DNA from: Minisyncoccia bacterium
GTDB taxonomy: Bacteria > Patescibacteriota > Minisyncoccia > Phycocordibacterales > UBA918
Assembly (NCBI GenBank): GCA_046293175.1
Contig: JBKBPM010000002.1
Coordinates: forward strand, 158,428-222,427
Reading direction: 5' to 3'
Length of the DNA: 64,000 bases
Translations under genes and position numbers: made by a program
Part shown: in pieces, positions 9,819 through 19,980 of the stretch
How the letters are laid out: the number at the start of each line of letters is the position of its first letter
Numbering within the stretch: the stretch's first letter is position 1
The notes under the pieces: model-generated
The model's input: the letters and a program-made list of their open reading frames with translations, nothing else
Told to the model about the DNA's origin: nothing
Databases searched by the model: none

Positions 9819-10292
9819 ATGCGGTATGTCATTCTCCATAACATTCGAAGTAAATACAACGTTGGTGCTATTTTTCGTACCGCTGATGCGGCGCGAGTGA
9901 CAACACTTTTTCTTACCGGATATACACCAGGTCCGAAGGACCGTTTTGGTCGGGTTGACCAAGAAATTATGAAAACCTCGCTTGGTGCCGTGGAGACAGT
10001 TCCGTATGAGCATGCCCCCACCGTCGAAGCTGTGGTAGAGAGGCTACAGCGGGAGGGGGTGGAAATTGTGGCTGTAGAGATTGCACCCGGAAGTGTCTCT
10101 CTCTACGATTATCAACCTAGACGGGATGTGGCGTATATATTTGGAAATGAAATCGAGGGTGTACCAAAAAGCGTGTTAGCGAAGGTTGATCGTATTCTAG
10201 AAATCCCAATGGGTGGGATGAAAGAGTCACTTAATGTATCTGTGACGGCTGGAGTGGTATTATTGCATCATCCGTATGATGTCTCGACTTAA
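9819..10292 (+). CDS. SpoU/TrmH-family RNA 2'-O-methyltransferase
   Basis: 157 aa; SPOUT motifs (IFGNE..GVP, EIPM.G...SLNVSV). Confidence 0.8.
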   Translation: MRYVILHNIRSKYNVGAIFRTADAARVTTLFLTGYTPGPKDRFGRVDQEIMKTSLGAVETVPYEHAPTVEAVVERLQREGVEIVAVEIAPGSVSLYDYQPRRDVAYIFGNEIEGVPKSVLAKVDRILEIPMGGMKESLNVSVTAGVVLLHHPYDVST

Positions 10293-11763
10293 GATTTTTT
10301 TTGATTGGTTGGTGGATCATCCGCGTTATGCGGGGATGATAGTCGGGGTGGGGCTCGGATCAGCTTTTGTATGGCCACTTGCCACACCATTTGTCATGGT
10401 GTGTTTATTTTTGGCGGTGTATCTTATTGAACGAGTTCCACTAACAGTCCTCCCGACAGTCCTTATGCTGGTCTTTGGCATAAAGTCGCTTATCGCCTTA
10501 TCGTGGTTTTGGAGTACCTACCCGATTTCATGGTTATTTGAATTAGCACCCAGTACGCAATATATTGCTATATTTTTTTATTGGACCAGCTCCGCTTTAT
10601 GGTTGTCATCAGCTGGGTTGATATTGGCGCTGTTGTGGCGGTTTAGTCCATTGCGGTATCGTCGGTATTTACTGCCAGCAGTATGGGTCTTGGCAGAATA
10701 TCTTGGGGCAGTTGTTTTTTCGATTTTAACTGCAGGTCCGGGATCATATATCACCGGCGCCTTTTCGTTTGGACATATTGGCTATCTTTTTCCGTACCTA
10801 ACACCAATTGCAGTATGGGGTGGGGTATATGCGGTCGGCTTGATTGGACTTATATTGGTGGTGATTATATATGACTACTTCACCACTAAACGACTGTTCC
10901 GTTTTGGGGTGATGATATGTATGTTACTAATAATCATAGCGGGGTCAGTTTTGTACCGAGTACCAGCAACACCATTACCAGTCGTGGTCGCAATTAATAC
11001 TACTTTTCCGGCTGCCACCAATCAAGAGACGCGGCAGGCAGCGCTTGATGAGATGATGAAGGTAGCGGTTAGTTTGCAGCCAGAGTACATTATCTTGCCA
11101 GAAGACTCACGGTATCTCTATACATACAAATCTGATCAGTTGGGAGCTGCTGTTGCGGTAGAGGCCTGGCAAATCCTTCATGCTACCAGTACGGCAATGG
11201 TGATTGATAGTGGTCGTACCACCGATGAAGTAACCGGTAAGATCGTGGCGCGGGCATTTTTATGGGGTACCAGTTCGAGTTTATACACAGCCGATAAACA
11301 GTACTTGGTACCCCAAGGGGAGTACATGCCGTCACTCTATGCATTTGTTTTACGTTTTATTGGGCTTGGTGTAGTAGCTGACGCTTTATCAGAAACCATT
11401 AACTACACTTCAAGTCGGCGTGTGGTGGCAGCGGAGGCCTTACCGTATGTCCCTAACCTCCTTTTTTGTTTTGAGAGTGTCAGTCCGCTGGCAGCTAAAC
11501 GACTGATTGCAAATCGATCAAGTGATTTTATTGTGCACCCGATGTCACATAGTTGGTTTAATGAACCGCGCGTATTGTGGCGACAGCTCGAGACCATGCT
11601 TCGCTATCAGGCGGTGTTTGCGCGTACGCCGATTGTGAGCGTAGGGAATGAAATCCGCGGTCAGGTGTACCAACCAAATGGTGAAATAGAAACATATACC
11701 ACCATTGCTACATTTCCCTTTGGAACTATTGATAGTACCCCGGCGGCACGAGTGGCCAACTAG
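10276..11763 (+). CDS. lnt: Apolipoprotein N-acyltransferase-like (Lnt-like): N-terminal polytopic membrane domain + C-terminal CN-hydrolase-like domain
   Basis: 495 aa; ~7 N-terminal TM helices followed by soluble domain of nitrilase/CN-hydrolase size; architecture-based call. Confidence 0.5.
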   Translation: MMSRLKIFFDWLVDHPRYAGMIVGVGLGSAFVWPLATPFVMVCLFLAVYLIERVPLTVLPTVLMLVFGIKSLIALSWFWSTYPISWLFELAPSTQYIAIFFYWTSSALWLSSAGLILALLWRFSPLRYRRYLLPAVWVLAEYLGAVVFSILTAGPGSYITGAFSFGHIGYLFPYLTPIAVWGGVYAVGLIGLILVVIIYDYFTTKRLFRFGVMICMLLIIIAGSVLYRVPATPLPVVVAINTTFPAATNQETRQAALDEMMKVAVSLQPEYIILPEDSRYLYTYKSDQLGAAVAVEAWQILHATSTAMVIDSGRTTDEVTGKIVARAFLWGTSSSLYTADKQYLVPQGEYMPSLYAFVLRFIGLGVVADALSETINYTSSRRVVAAEALPYVPNLLFCFESVSPLAAKRLIANRSSDFIVHPMSHSWFNEPRVLWRQLETMLRYQAVFARTPIVSVGNEIRGQVYQPNGEIETYTTIATFPFGTIDSTPAARVAN

Positions 11764-11766
11764 TTG

Positions 11767-13035
11767 TTACAGACGAGCCAGTTCTTCTTTTACTACCTCA
11801 GCATCACTCCACACTTGTCGTGTGTTATTTGGTCCCATGATATATGGATCGGTCCCTTTACCTGAAATAAGGACATACCCACCTTCAGGTGCCATAGCAA
11901 GCGCTGCACGGATAGCCTCACGTCGGTCCATAATAATGGTGAGTTTACTTTTGTCGTCTATACCTTTGGCCATATCGTCAACAATCTTGCGTGGGTTTTC
12001 ATCGTACGGATCTTCGTTAGTGAGGATAACCTGATCACAGTAGTGGGCAGCAATACTACCCATCTCGGGTCGCTTCCAGGTATCTCGACCACCACCGGTG
12101 TTACCGAGGATACACACTTTAGGAACATTGGGGAAAGCTTCGTAGAACTGCTTAAGTGAATCAGGGGTATGGGCGTAGTCCACCACGGCAGTCACAGCCT
12201 TTTTGTCTTTGCTGCTGTGGAATTGTTCAACCCGGCCATGGACAGGTGGTAGGGAACGAAAAGCCCGTTCGATAGTGCTCAAATCAACACCAAGTGCCCG
12301 AGCCAAGGTGGTAGCAGCAAGTGCGTTGTAGACATTAAATAATCCAACGAGCGGAACGCGAATCGTAGTGTTTTCTATAACCATAGTGACACTCTCTTTT
12401 TGTAACGTGTACAACGACACATCACTCAGTCCGTAGCCAATTTTGTGTTCAACATCAAAATTAAGGAAATCGACTCCATGCTCATTATCGGTATTGGCAA
12501 TAAGGTAACGTGGCCGCTTCTTTGAACGAAAGACTGCTCCAGCAATACGGAGCTTGGCATTTTTATAATTTTCAAATGACCCATGCGACTCGATATGCTC
12601 CGGACTGAGATTGGTGAAAATGAGGGCATCAAACTCAATAAAGCGGTGACGGAATTGTTTGGCTCCTTCGGAGGTCATCTCAAGTACGACATGCGTACAG
12701 CCGGCATCAGCGGCCTTACGCAAAAATCGCTGGACGAAGAAACGCCCCGGGGTGGTCATCTTAAATAGATTCTTTGTCTCTTCGTCTCCAATCATAAAGC
12801 GGATGGTGGAGAGAGAAGCGACTTTAAACCCATGGGTGCGTAGGAGATGAGCGGTCATTTCAGTCACGGTGGATTTACCCTTGGTGCCAGTAACCGCAAT
12901 CACCGCCAGATGGCGGCTTGGATGGCGATACCAGACTGCACCAGTGTAGGCGAGGAGAAAGTGATAAAGCGGGCGGACCTGTTGTAATAGGGTTTTGGGA
13001 ATAAAACGCTTGAGACGATACAAGATTGAGTCCAT
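11767..13035 (-). CDS. Mur ligase family protein (MurE/MurF-like UDP-MurNAc-peptide ligase)
   Basis: 422 aa; ATP-binding VTGTKGKST motif and Mur ligase middle/C-terminal domain pattern. Confidence 0.8.
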   Translation of the reverse strand: MDSILYRLKRFIPKTLLQQVRPLYHFLLAYTGAVWYRHPSRHLAVIAVTGTKGKSTVTEMTAHLLRTHGFKVASLSTIRFMIGDEETKNLFKMTTPGRFFVQRFLRKAADAGCTHVVLEMTSEGAKQFRHRFIEFDALIFTNLSPEHIESHGSFENYKNAKLRIAGAVFRSKKRPRYLIANTDNEHGVDFLNFDVEHKIGYGLSDVSLYTLQKESVTMVIENTTIRVPLVGLFNVYNALAATTLARALGVDLSTIERAFRSLPPVHGRVEQFHSSKDKKAVTAVVDYAHTPDSLKQFYEAFPNVPKVCILGNTGGGRDTWKRPEMGSIAAHYCDQVILTNEDPYDENPRKIVDDMAKGIDDKSKLTIIMDRREAIRAALAMAPEGGYVLISGKGTDPYIMGPNNTRQVWSDAEVVKEELARL

Positions 13036-13135
13036 ATCTCTTTATTATACGGCGTTCTCATGGCTTTGGCTAATCAGAACAAAACCGGTTTTACTATAGC
13101 AAAGTGACTTCTCCCGCCGTATACTTATAACTGTT

Positions 13136-14083
13136 ATGCTGGGCTATGTTATTAATAAAATTGCCAGTCTACTCATTCCAATAGTGGCCATAGCGGTGGT
13201 GGTTGCACTGGTGCCTGTGCCGCAAAGTTGGACCTTACTCCTCGTTCTGGTGTCGCTGCTTGGGTACACCCACTATTTCATTGGTGCCTACTACCAACAT
13301 CAAGCTTGGCGTCGTCGTGGCATGTATAGACGTTTTTTATATAGATTTACACTACTGAGTGTAGTTTCAGTTGGATTGGTAGTTTTGGCAATCTTGAATG
13401 ATCTCCTTTGGTTAGTAGCAATTTTGACCATTCCATACTTTGTTTGGCATGGGTATGAAAATGAACATACACTCTTCACTCGTGCGACCGGTCAGCAGCT
13501 GTCTGTGTGGTTACTAGGGGGTATTAGCGCCGTCGCTGTTGGAGCGACCATTGATGCCTTTCGGCATACGAGTGCCAACTTCTCTTATTCACTTATCTAT
13601 ACAGCGGGACTCATCCCAAAATTTACAGGTACATTGGCAGAGCTGGATTCGTATTTGTACTTCGTTGGTTTTGGTCTAATGTTAGTGGGGAGTATGGCAA
13701 TTTGGTTCGCTACATTCAAACGCTACTCCAGAGCCAATGTTTTTTGGAGTGTAGCATCAGCTACTGCACTTATATGGTTTTTTATTGACAATCCACTGCC
13801 ATATATTTGGCTATTTGTATTATTACTCGGGTACCATTTTCTCACGTGGGGAATTCACTACGGAGTCGTTTTTTGGCCACAAACAAAAAAATTCTTTAAC
13901 TACCTCATGGTACATGGTCTGGTGGTGGTTGGGGTAGTAGTAGTTTCTATGGGTATTGGTTTGATTACTAGTCAATTTCCACTGGGTTTACTGAATAGTG
14001 AATTCTTTTTGACTGCCACACTTGTGCATATCTCGACTTCATTCTTGAACGACAACTGGTTACAAAAAGCCCTCGGGTTATAA
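13136..14083 (+). CDS. Hypothetical polytopic membrane protein (~9 TM)
   Basis: 315 aa, highly hydrophobic, no motif. Confidence 0.55.
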   Translation: MLGYVINKIASLLIPIVAIAVVVALVPVPQSWTLLLVLVSLLGYTHYFIGAYYQHQAWRRRGMYRRFLYRFTLLSVVSVGLVVLAILNDLLWLVAILTIPYFVWHGYENEHTLFTRATGQQLSVWLLGGISAVAVGATIDAFRHTSANFSYSLIYTAGLIPKFTGTLAELDSYLYFVGFGLMLVGSMAIWFATFKRYSRANVFWSVASATALIWFFIDNPLPYIWLFVLLLGYHFLTWGIHYGVVFWPQTKKFFNYLMVHGLVVVGVVVVSMGIGLITSQFPLGLLNSEFFLTATLVHISTSFLNDNWLQKALGL

Positions 14084-14153
14084 CCAACGTGTATAATATA
14101 TGTAAGAAATATCAGTTGATATTATCGGTACATTACTAACATAATTTTATCAT

Positions 14154-14963
14154 ATGGAACCAGAGATTGAAGGACGTCTCGTGAGCGACCATAAAGTGAT
14201 ATCTCGCCGTACATACAAACGGATTGGAATAACTTTCGTTGGCCTCTGTTTCTTGGTGGGAGCTCTATACACTGGGTATATGTTTTATGCGGCGCCAACC
14301 ATTCGTGAAGATAAACTATGGCAAGAGTTTGAAGCCAAAATAGCTGAAATAGAAGCCAATCCCCCAGCCTTTGAATTCATCGTTGTACCAAATGCTCTCG
14401 AAGCTATTTCTCTCCCAGAACGTATCAATCAAGATCCTGAAGAACTAAAGACTGAGTTCTTGTTGGCTCAAGCCAAAACCTCTCGCGTTAATGAGGAGCC
14501 GCCTACTATCTTTGATATGCCAGTTGGAGAAACTACGTATATCGAATACATCAATAATCTTCCGGTAGAGTTGCAAGAGACGCTGTTCCAAATGCACGAC
14601 GAGTTGCGGGCCGTAACCAGGTCGCTTGGTACGATGTATGAGCAGGTGCCACTAGCCGAGCGTATCGGAGAAGGTGATCAAGTAGCCTACAAAGACTTAC
14701 TGACTCCAGAGAAAGACCAACCACTGGTCTACCCCAGTCTTCGTGTGGTTGAGGCAGAGTTCATTCACCAAGTGTTAGCCACCCAGTTCCCAACAAATGC
14801 GCCTTTTTACCAGGAATATGTGAACTCATACATCGCAGATGGAGTGGGATATGGGTACTATTCTGCACTTGAGGCTGATGTAGCTAAAATGGTGGTAAGT
14901 GATTACCTAGCGGCCGCAAGACAAAATGCCTCTACAGCCGCAGTGTTACAATCATTAGAATAA
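14154..14963 (+). CDS. Hypothetical single-pass membrane-anchored protein
   Basis: 269 aa, one N-terminal TM (ITFVGLCFLVGALYTGYMFYAA), acidic soluble domain. Confidence 0.5.
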   Translation: MEPEIEGRLVSDHKVISRRTYKRIGITFVGLCFLVGALYTGYMFYAAPTIREDKLWQEFEAKIAEIEANPPAFEFIVVPNALEAISLPERINQDPEELKTEFLLAQAKTSRVNEEPPTIFDMPVGETTYIEYINNLPVELQETLFQMHDELRAVTRSLGTMYEQVPLAERIGEGDQVAYKDLLTPEKDQPLVYPSLRVVEAEFIHQVLATQFPTNAPFYQEYVNSYIADGVGYGYYSALEADVAKMVVSDYLAAARQNASTAAVLQSLE

Positions 14964-14967
14964 AGGT

Positions 14968-16752
14968 ATGATATTCACTCTAAAACTTGGTTCTGCATTA
15001 ATAATTATTGCAAGCCTCAGTATATTTGGACTCATTCAGCATGTTGAAGCGGGAGGCGGTGGAGGAAATAGTAATGGTGGAGGAAATAGTAACTCACGGC
15101 CGGCCGCAAGCCCCACATATAATTGGAGTAGAGCAGCTGCAAATGCTACTACTCAAGCCTATAACAACTTAGCTCGGTCACTCAATCGTAATTATACGTA
15201 CAGTACCCGTACAACATATAACTCAACGTATGGTTGGGGTTACACAACAGTAAGAAATGTGCCTGAGCGGGGCGGTGGCAATAACATTAATTTTGGTAGA
15301 GGTATCCCAGACACTCCATCAACAACTTGTGAAAATCAAAACCTCACAACGATTGATATATTTTTTGTTCCTGCCGGTGCACAACCAGCGCCTGGTAACA
15401 CTAATCCTTCAACACAAGGGGTTTCCTTAGCAGTACTCACTTCTAACCCATATCAGCGGCATATAATTCCCAACAATGAACTTGAGGTTGGAGTCTTGTA
15501 TGATCCAATAGTGCAGGTACGAAATTACGCTTTAAATTGGATGCCGAGCACTTGTGCCCCTAGTCCAGCGTCTGGAGCACGAGGCTTTCGTTTAATTCCA
15601 ACCGTGCACGCAGGTGGTGGCAGTAGTGACAGGGGTGCGACACCGCAACCAAACGACTACCCCAATAACTTCCGGACCCAAGCCCCATTTGGCGCAAATG
15701 GCTCGTTCCCAATTCGGGCTCGCATTGATGTAGGGAATAACAATACCTATGAGTGGGAACAGTACCTCAACGCTCTAGGCCCAATCGCTAATGGTCGAAG
15801 TATATTCGTGCGTTTGCCGTCGTTCTCGACACCTGAAGGTGGTACCCATACAATCGAAGTTGTTACCGATATCCGCCACAATGTTGATCCGGGACGTGGC
15901 TGCTTTGCTGCCAGTACACCAGCCTCAGCCGGTTGGGGTTGCGTCCGCGAAACGAGTGAGACTGATAATGATCGCAGTGAAGCCTTCACGACTCGTGTTG
16001 GTAATGCGAGTTACCGACTGGCGGTTGATGTTTCAGATGTTACCGTGCGAGCTGGCTCAATGCTGACCGAGGTACCATTTGTGGGTATCAACACTGGCCT
16101 GGCAACCATTAATGACTATCGATACCGAGTAACCATAAACGGCGCAACTTTCGCGAGCACCACTCGCACCACCAGTCTCGCTCCATCAGCCAGAGAGACT
16201 GTCCGCGCTACTGGTAGCTACACCGCACCTATGACACCAACATCATTACCACTGATAGTTTGTGCTCGGATCGCTACCAGTACCGAAGTATGTGATACCG
16301 CTCGTCTTATTGTGACCACCCCACAGTGTTCAGATACTCGAGATAATGAACCAGACGGCACCTTAGATGCTAATGATCCAGGTTGTTATGGTGACCCACT
16401 GGATCCAACCACCTATGATCCAAACGATGATAACGAAGGGGATATGGCTACCACCTCACCATCGGTAACTATCGAATTCAAACCAGTAGTGAATCCAGTT
16501 CGGTACAATACCGGTGCAGCACTCGAGTACGTGATCAATGGTCCCGCCCTAATGTCCTGTGTGGTAACTGGTGGGGAAACGAATAGTCCTATCATGCATA
16601 CACCACCTCGCACCACCGGACAGATAACCACCGCGCCCGTGACTAGTACCCAACAGTACACACTCCGCTGTACCGTCAGTGTTGGTGGCAGTATCCTCCA
16701 GTTTGAGCGTACAACTACAGTAGATGTCTTGCCACAAATTCAAGAAACGTAA
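14968..16752 (+). CDS. Large secreted protein, Gly/Asn/Thr-rich, with conserved C-terminal Cys-containing domain shared with 17670..19931
   Basis: 594 aa; signal/anchor MIFTLKLGSALIIIASLSIFG; GGGGGNSNGGGNSN low-complexity; C-terminal ~65 aa aligns with C-terminus of next large protein (C..G...H....TTG.I.T.P.TSTQ.(F/Y)TL.C). Confidence 0.6.
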   Translation: MIFTLKLGSALIIIASLSIFGLIQHVEAGGGGGNSNGGGNSNSRPAASPTYNWSRAAANATTQAYNNLARSLNRNYTYSTRTTYNSTYGWGYTTVRNVPERGGGNNINFGRGIPDTPSTTCENQNLTTIDIFFVPAGAQPAPGNTNPSTQGVSLAVLTSNPYQRHIIPNNELEVGVLYDPIVQVRNYALNWMPSTCAPSPASGARGFRLIPTVHAGGGSSDRGATPQPNDYPNNFRTQAPFGANGSFPIRARIDVGNNNTYEWEQYLNALGPIANGRSIFVRLPSFSTPEGGTHTIEVVTDIRHNVDPGRGCFAASTPASAGWGCVRETSETDNDRSEAFTTRVGNASYRLAVDVSDVTVRAGSMLTEVPFVGINTGLATINDYRYRVTINGATFASTTRTTSLAPSARETVRATGSYTAPMTPTSLPLIVCARIATSTEVCDTARLIVTTPQCSDTRDNEPDGTLDANDPGCYGDPLDPTTYDPNDDNEGDMATTSPSVTIEFKPVVNPVRYNTGAALEYVINGPALMSCVVTGGETNSPIMHTPPRTTGQITTAPVTSTQQYTLRCTVSVGGSILQFERTTTVDVLPQIQET

Positions 16753-16771
16753 AAGTTAAAAATAGCAGATA

Positions 16772-16803
16772 CCAAAAAAAGCGCCAGGTTGGCGCTTTTT
16801 TTG
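16772..16803. terminator. Intrinsic terminator AAAAAAAGCGCCAGGTTGGCGCTTTTTTT
   Basis: GC hairpin with flanking A/T runs after 14968..16752. Confidence 0.55.
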
Positions 16804-16828
16804 GTATCCACGAATTTAGTTTTAGAAA

Positions 16829-17665
16829 GTGTCCGTCTTTGTAAGAGCATGCCATAATATGATTATGGATTCGTTACAACAAAAATTCGGCGGAGAACCG
16901 GATATTATTACCCCAAAAAGACCTTGGCTCCCGTTGGTAGGACTCGGCATTATGAGCTTAATCGGATTTGGAGTGATTGGTTACTGGTGGTTACAACCAG
17001 CTCCAACTCCAATAGTGAAAGACGTTGTTCCCGTGACACTGACAGTTGAAGAGGTGGAGTCATATCGTGCGTCATTACCACGTACCTTCAATGGTGCTGA
17101 ACCGGTAGTAGAAGGATCCACTTCGGAAGAACTTATTGTGCCAACAAAACAAACGTTGACAGATCCGATGATTGAAAATTTTGATGAGAATAACAATGCT
17201 GGGAATGTCACTAATGATGTAGCGGTATCGTATGTGCCACCAGCTGAGGCGGTAGGTGTGCCGGTTACGATTGCGATGGGTAGTGACGCGACGGCCAACA
17301 TGACCAGTGTCATGCCAAACAACACCTCATATGTCGAGGGAGACGTTACGATTAGTGACGTTACTATTACACAGCCAGATCGTAGCGAAAAGACTCCTTT
17401 TTCGGCCACCGGTGTTGTTAACGGTACTGACGACAATTTACAGAAAGTGAGCGTTTCAAGTAACGGGGAAGTGATTGAGCTTGAGGTGTCTGGTGGATCT
17501 ATTAAAACAACTGATGGTCGATTAATTCCATTTTCGGCATTACGTACAAACGATATTGTTGAAATTTATGGACAACGATATAAGGACGTCCCAGTGGTAG
17601 CTGAAGTCACCATAACTTTGATTGGTGTCCAAGAATTTATTCCGGCGATTGATATTGGTGTATAA
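16829..17665 (+). CDS. Hypothetical single-pass membrane protein
   Basis: 278 aa; TM LPLVGLGIMSLIGFGVIGYWW, Thr/Val-rich extracytoplasmic part. Confidence 0.5.
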   Translation: MSVFVRACHNMIMDSLQQKFGGEPDIITPKRPWLPLVGLGIMSLIGFGVIGYWWLQPAPTPIVKDVVPVTLTVEEVESYRASLPRTFNGAEPVVEGSTSEELIVPTKQTLTDPMIENFDENNNAGNVTNDVAVSYVPPAEAVGVPVTIAMGSDATANMTSVMPNNTSYVEGDVTISDVTITQPDRSEKTPFSATGVVNGTDDNLQKVSVSSNGEVIELEVSGGSIKTTDGRLIPFSALRTNDIVEIYGQRYKDVPVVAEVTITLIGVQEFIPAIDIGV

Positions 17666-17669
17666 ACAT

Positions 17670-19931
17670 ATGAAAAAGGTAATAATTTTAGCTCTGGCCC
17701 TACTATTCCTTCAAACTGCGTCACCAGCGGTAGCGGCTGTCGGCGGCTGGGAACACTTTCAAGCCCAGCAATTAGGACGCCATAATGGTGATTGTTCATC
17801 AGGGCAGTCAAAGCGCGACTTCATTCTCAAAGACTATAGTAATAATGACATTAACCCGCAAGGGTTACGAATGAAAGCACAGGTTGTTGGTCGTAATGAT
17901 GGTAATGGTGCTTGGGAGGTTACAAGAGAAACTGAGTGGGTAACCAACACAAACATTAGTCCGGCTGTTTGTTACAGTCCCGATACCGAGTCTACCCGAG
18001 TAGTAGTAGAAGCGGCCGATAGTTCACCGTACATGCCCTTTTACGGGGCTGGTTGGTGGGGGGAAACGGCAGCTTCACGTGAGGTTGAGCGTGGTCGCTA
18101 TCAGCGCGGCGTGGTCCACCTAAAAGCCAAAGGGGTACCCACAATCGATCTTATGGCACCCGCTGAAGTGTTCCTACGAACCAGTACGCCAACTTTTATC
18201 GTCCGCACTAATGATGCCCCATTGCTCTACAATGCTACCGCAATGTCGAGAACTTTTATTGGGTTTTGGCAAAACAACCGTCGTACTGCTCGTTTTGCTC
18301 AAGAGCACGGTGGGCTCAGTGGAGTACGGCAATTTACTCCAGGCAATTTTCCAGATGGTTTATATACCTGGACAGTAGTGCAACAGCTCAACGGTGTAGC
18401 CGATGTTGAGCAAATGCTCAATACCTTCGATCGGTCATGTGGTGCTGCCGTGGAGCGTGTTGATTATGCACTTCGAGAACAGGGAGGTATCAGGCCAATA
18501 AACCCTCGTGATATAACAGCGAGTGTCGTCGTGCGAAATAGTAGAACGCAGGCAATTGTCAGTGAAACCCCATTTGCTGCTGGCTCGACAGTTTCTCCGG
18601 CGGTTTGTTACGACCAGAGTACTCAGAGCATCGGTTTAAGATTACAGGTTGATGCAAATGCTTACTACTTCAATGGTGGTACTGAGACAGTACGGCAAAG
18701 TTCACAAGTAACCGCAAACGCCCAAGGAAAATTGTACTTCCGTATCATTGCCGAACTTCCTGCTCGAACAAGACAGGTTACTGAACCAATCAATATGCAA
18801 TTTACTCCAATCGGGAACATCAACACCCTCAAAGACTTGTATACACAACGGTGGAGGTGGGTTCCGGGGACTGGTATTTCAGAAACCAAACAGTTCTATA
18901 TTGATAGAACATTACCAACCTTAACAGCCTCATTGCAGGCTGCTACATCAACAGCTGGATCGCAGGCGATTGCTACCGTAAACGCTCGTGATATGGGTTC
19001 AGGTCTGCGACAAATTAATATGGTTTTCACACCTGTTAGCGGACAAGGAAGTGTTGCCACAGTAACAATTCCATTTGCAGTCGGAACCGGCATCATCGGT
19101 GGTCCAAAAGATACTCAAGTGGTTACTTGGCGTACAAATCTCCGACCAGGCACTACGTACCGCTACGTTGCTACTGCTGTTGATGTGGCCGGCAACACAA
19201 TGAGTACTGCTGCCCGCACCTTCACTGCGCCAACACTAACGCCTGATATTGCCTTCCAAAACTTCTTTATCCGCAGCACGTGTACACCTGAGGCAGTGAA
19301 CTTTGTGGTAGATGCATTTTGTCCATTAACCACCGTAGCTATGGCGATTCGTAATACCAGTAATGGTGTTATCAACCGCGGGGTGAATATTCCGTATCGT
19401 ATTGAGTACCGCTACCCAGGTAATGACACGGGTGTTTGGACTGAGGTTTATCGTGGCAATTATGCGGGTGGCTTAGAAGCCCAGGCTACTACACCGGTAT
19501 TTAATGTCGCTATAGCCCGAAGTATGCGGGGAAGTGGACAGCTACGCGCCTTGGTCAATATGGCGCCCCAAACGAACAATTCGATTGGTGAAACAGAATT
19601 CAGTAATAACACCAGCCCAACCCGTACCATTGTATTTGCGACAACGCCGCCGACGCTCACCCTCACTACCGATCGTAGTACTGTCAGAAGTGGACAAACG
19701 GTCACTCTAACGTACAACATTGAGTCACCACAGCCGTTTACTTGTGAATTGCGTGGCAATGGTACACCAACGGTTATTCGTCATGAAGGTGGAGACACGA
19801 CTGGTTCAATCCAAACTACTCCTATCACCAGTACTCAGACGTTTACCCTATCTTGTGTCAGTGATATGGGTGGTGAACCAACGGAGCAAAGTATAACGGT
19901 TGAAGTGATACCGTTTATTGATGAGGTCTAA
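17670..19931 (+). CDS. Large secreted protein, paralogous C-terminal domain with 14968..16752
   Basis: Start moved to MKKVIILALALLFLQTASPAVAAVGG (classic signal peptide) inside ORF 17622..19931; 753 aa; shared C-terminal domain. Confidence 0.65.
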   Translation: MKKVIILALALLFLQTASPAVAAVGGWEHFQAQQLGRHNGDCSSGQSKRDFILKDYSNNDINPQGLRMKAQVVGRNDGNGAWEVTRETEWVTNTNISPAVCYSPDTESTRVVVEAADSSPYMPFYGAGWWGETAASREVERGRYQRGVVHLKAKGVPTIDLMAPAEVFLRTSTPTFIVRTNDAPLLYNATAMSRTFIGFWQNNRRTARFAQEHGGLSGVRQFTPGNFPDGLYTWTVVQQLNGVADVEQMLNTFDRSCGAAVERVDYALREQGGIRPINPRDITASVVVRNSRTQAIVSETPFAAGSTVSPAVCYDQSTQSIGLRLQVDANAYYFNGGTETVRQSSQVTANAQGKLYFRIIAELPARTRQVTEPINMQFTPIGNINTLKDLYTQRWRWVPGTGISETKQFYIDRTLPTLTASLQAATSTAGSQAIATVNARDMGSGLRQINMVFTPVSGQGSVATVTIPFAVGTGIIGGPKDTQVVTWRTNLRPGTTYRYVATAVDVAGNTMSTAARTFTAPTLTPDIAFQNFFIRSTCTPEAVNFVVDAFCPLTTVAMAIRNTSNGVINRGVNIPYRIEYRYPGNDTGVWTEVYRGNYAGGLEAQATTPVFNVAIARSMRGSGQLRALVNMAPQTNNSIGETEFSNNTSPTRTIVFATTPPTLTLTTDRSTVRSGQTVTLTYNIESPQPFTCELRGNGTPTVIRHEGGDTTGSIQTTPITSTQTFTLSCVSDMGGEPTEQSITVEVIPFIDEV

Positions 19932-19938
19932 CTAATTA

Positions 19939-19980
19939 AAAAACAAAACACCCCACTTTGGTGGGGTGTTTTGTTTTTTA
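19939..19980. terminator. Bidirectional terminator AAAACAAAACACCCCACTTTGGTGGGGTGTTTTGTTTTTT between convergent genes
   Basis: Perfect GC-cored hairpin with symmetric A/T tracts. Confidence 0.6.

Noticed and set aside
16981-17436. Antisense ORFs inside large genes (e.g. 16981..17436-, 8351..8770-, 5005..5238-, 56179..57012-)
   Set aside because: They are embedded in and antisense to well-supported genes (secreted protein, holA, tsaE, glyA), with Ser/Thr/Arg-rich composition typical of shadow ORFs.
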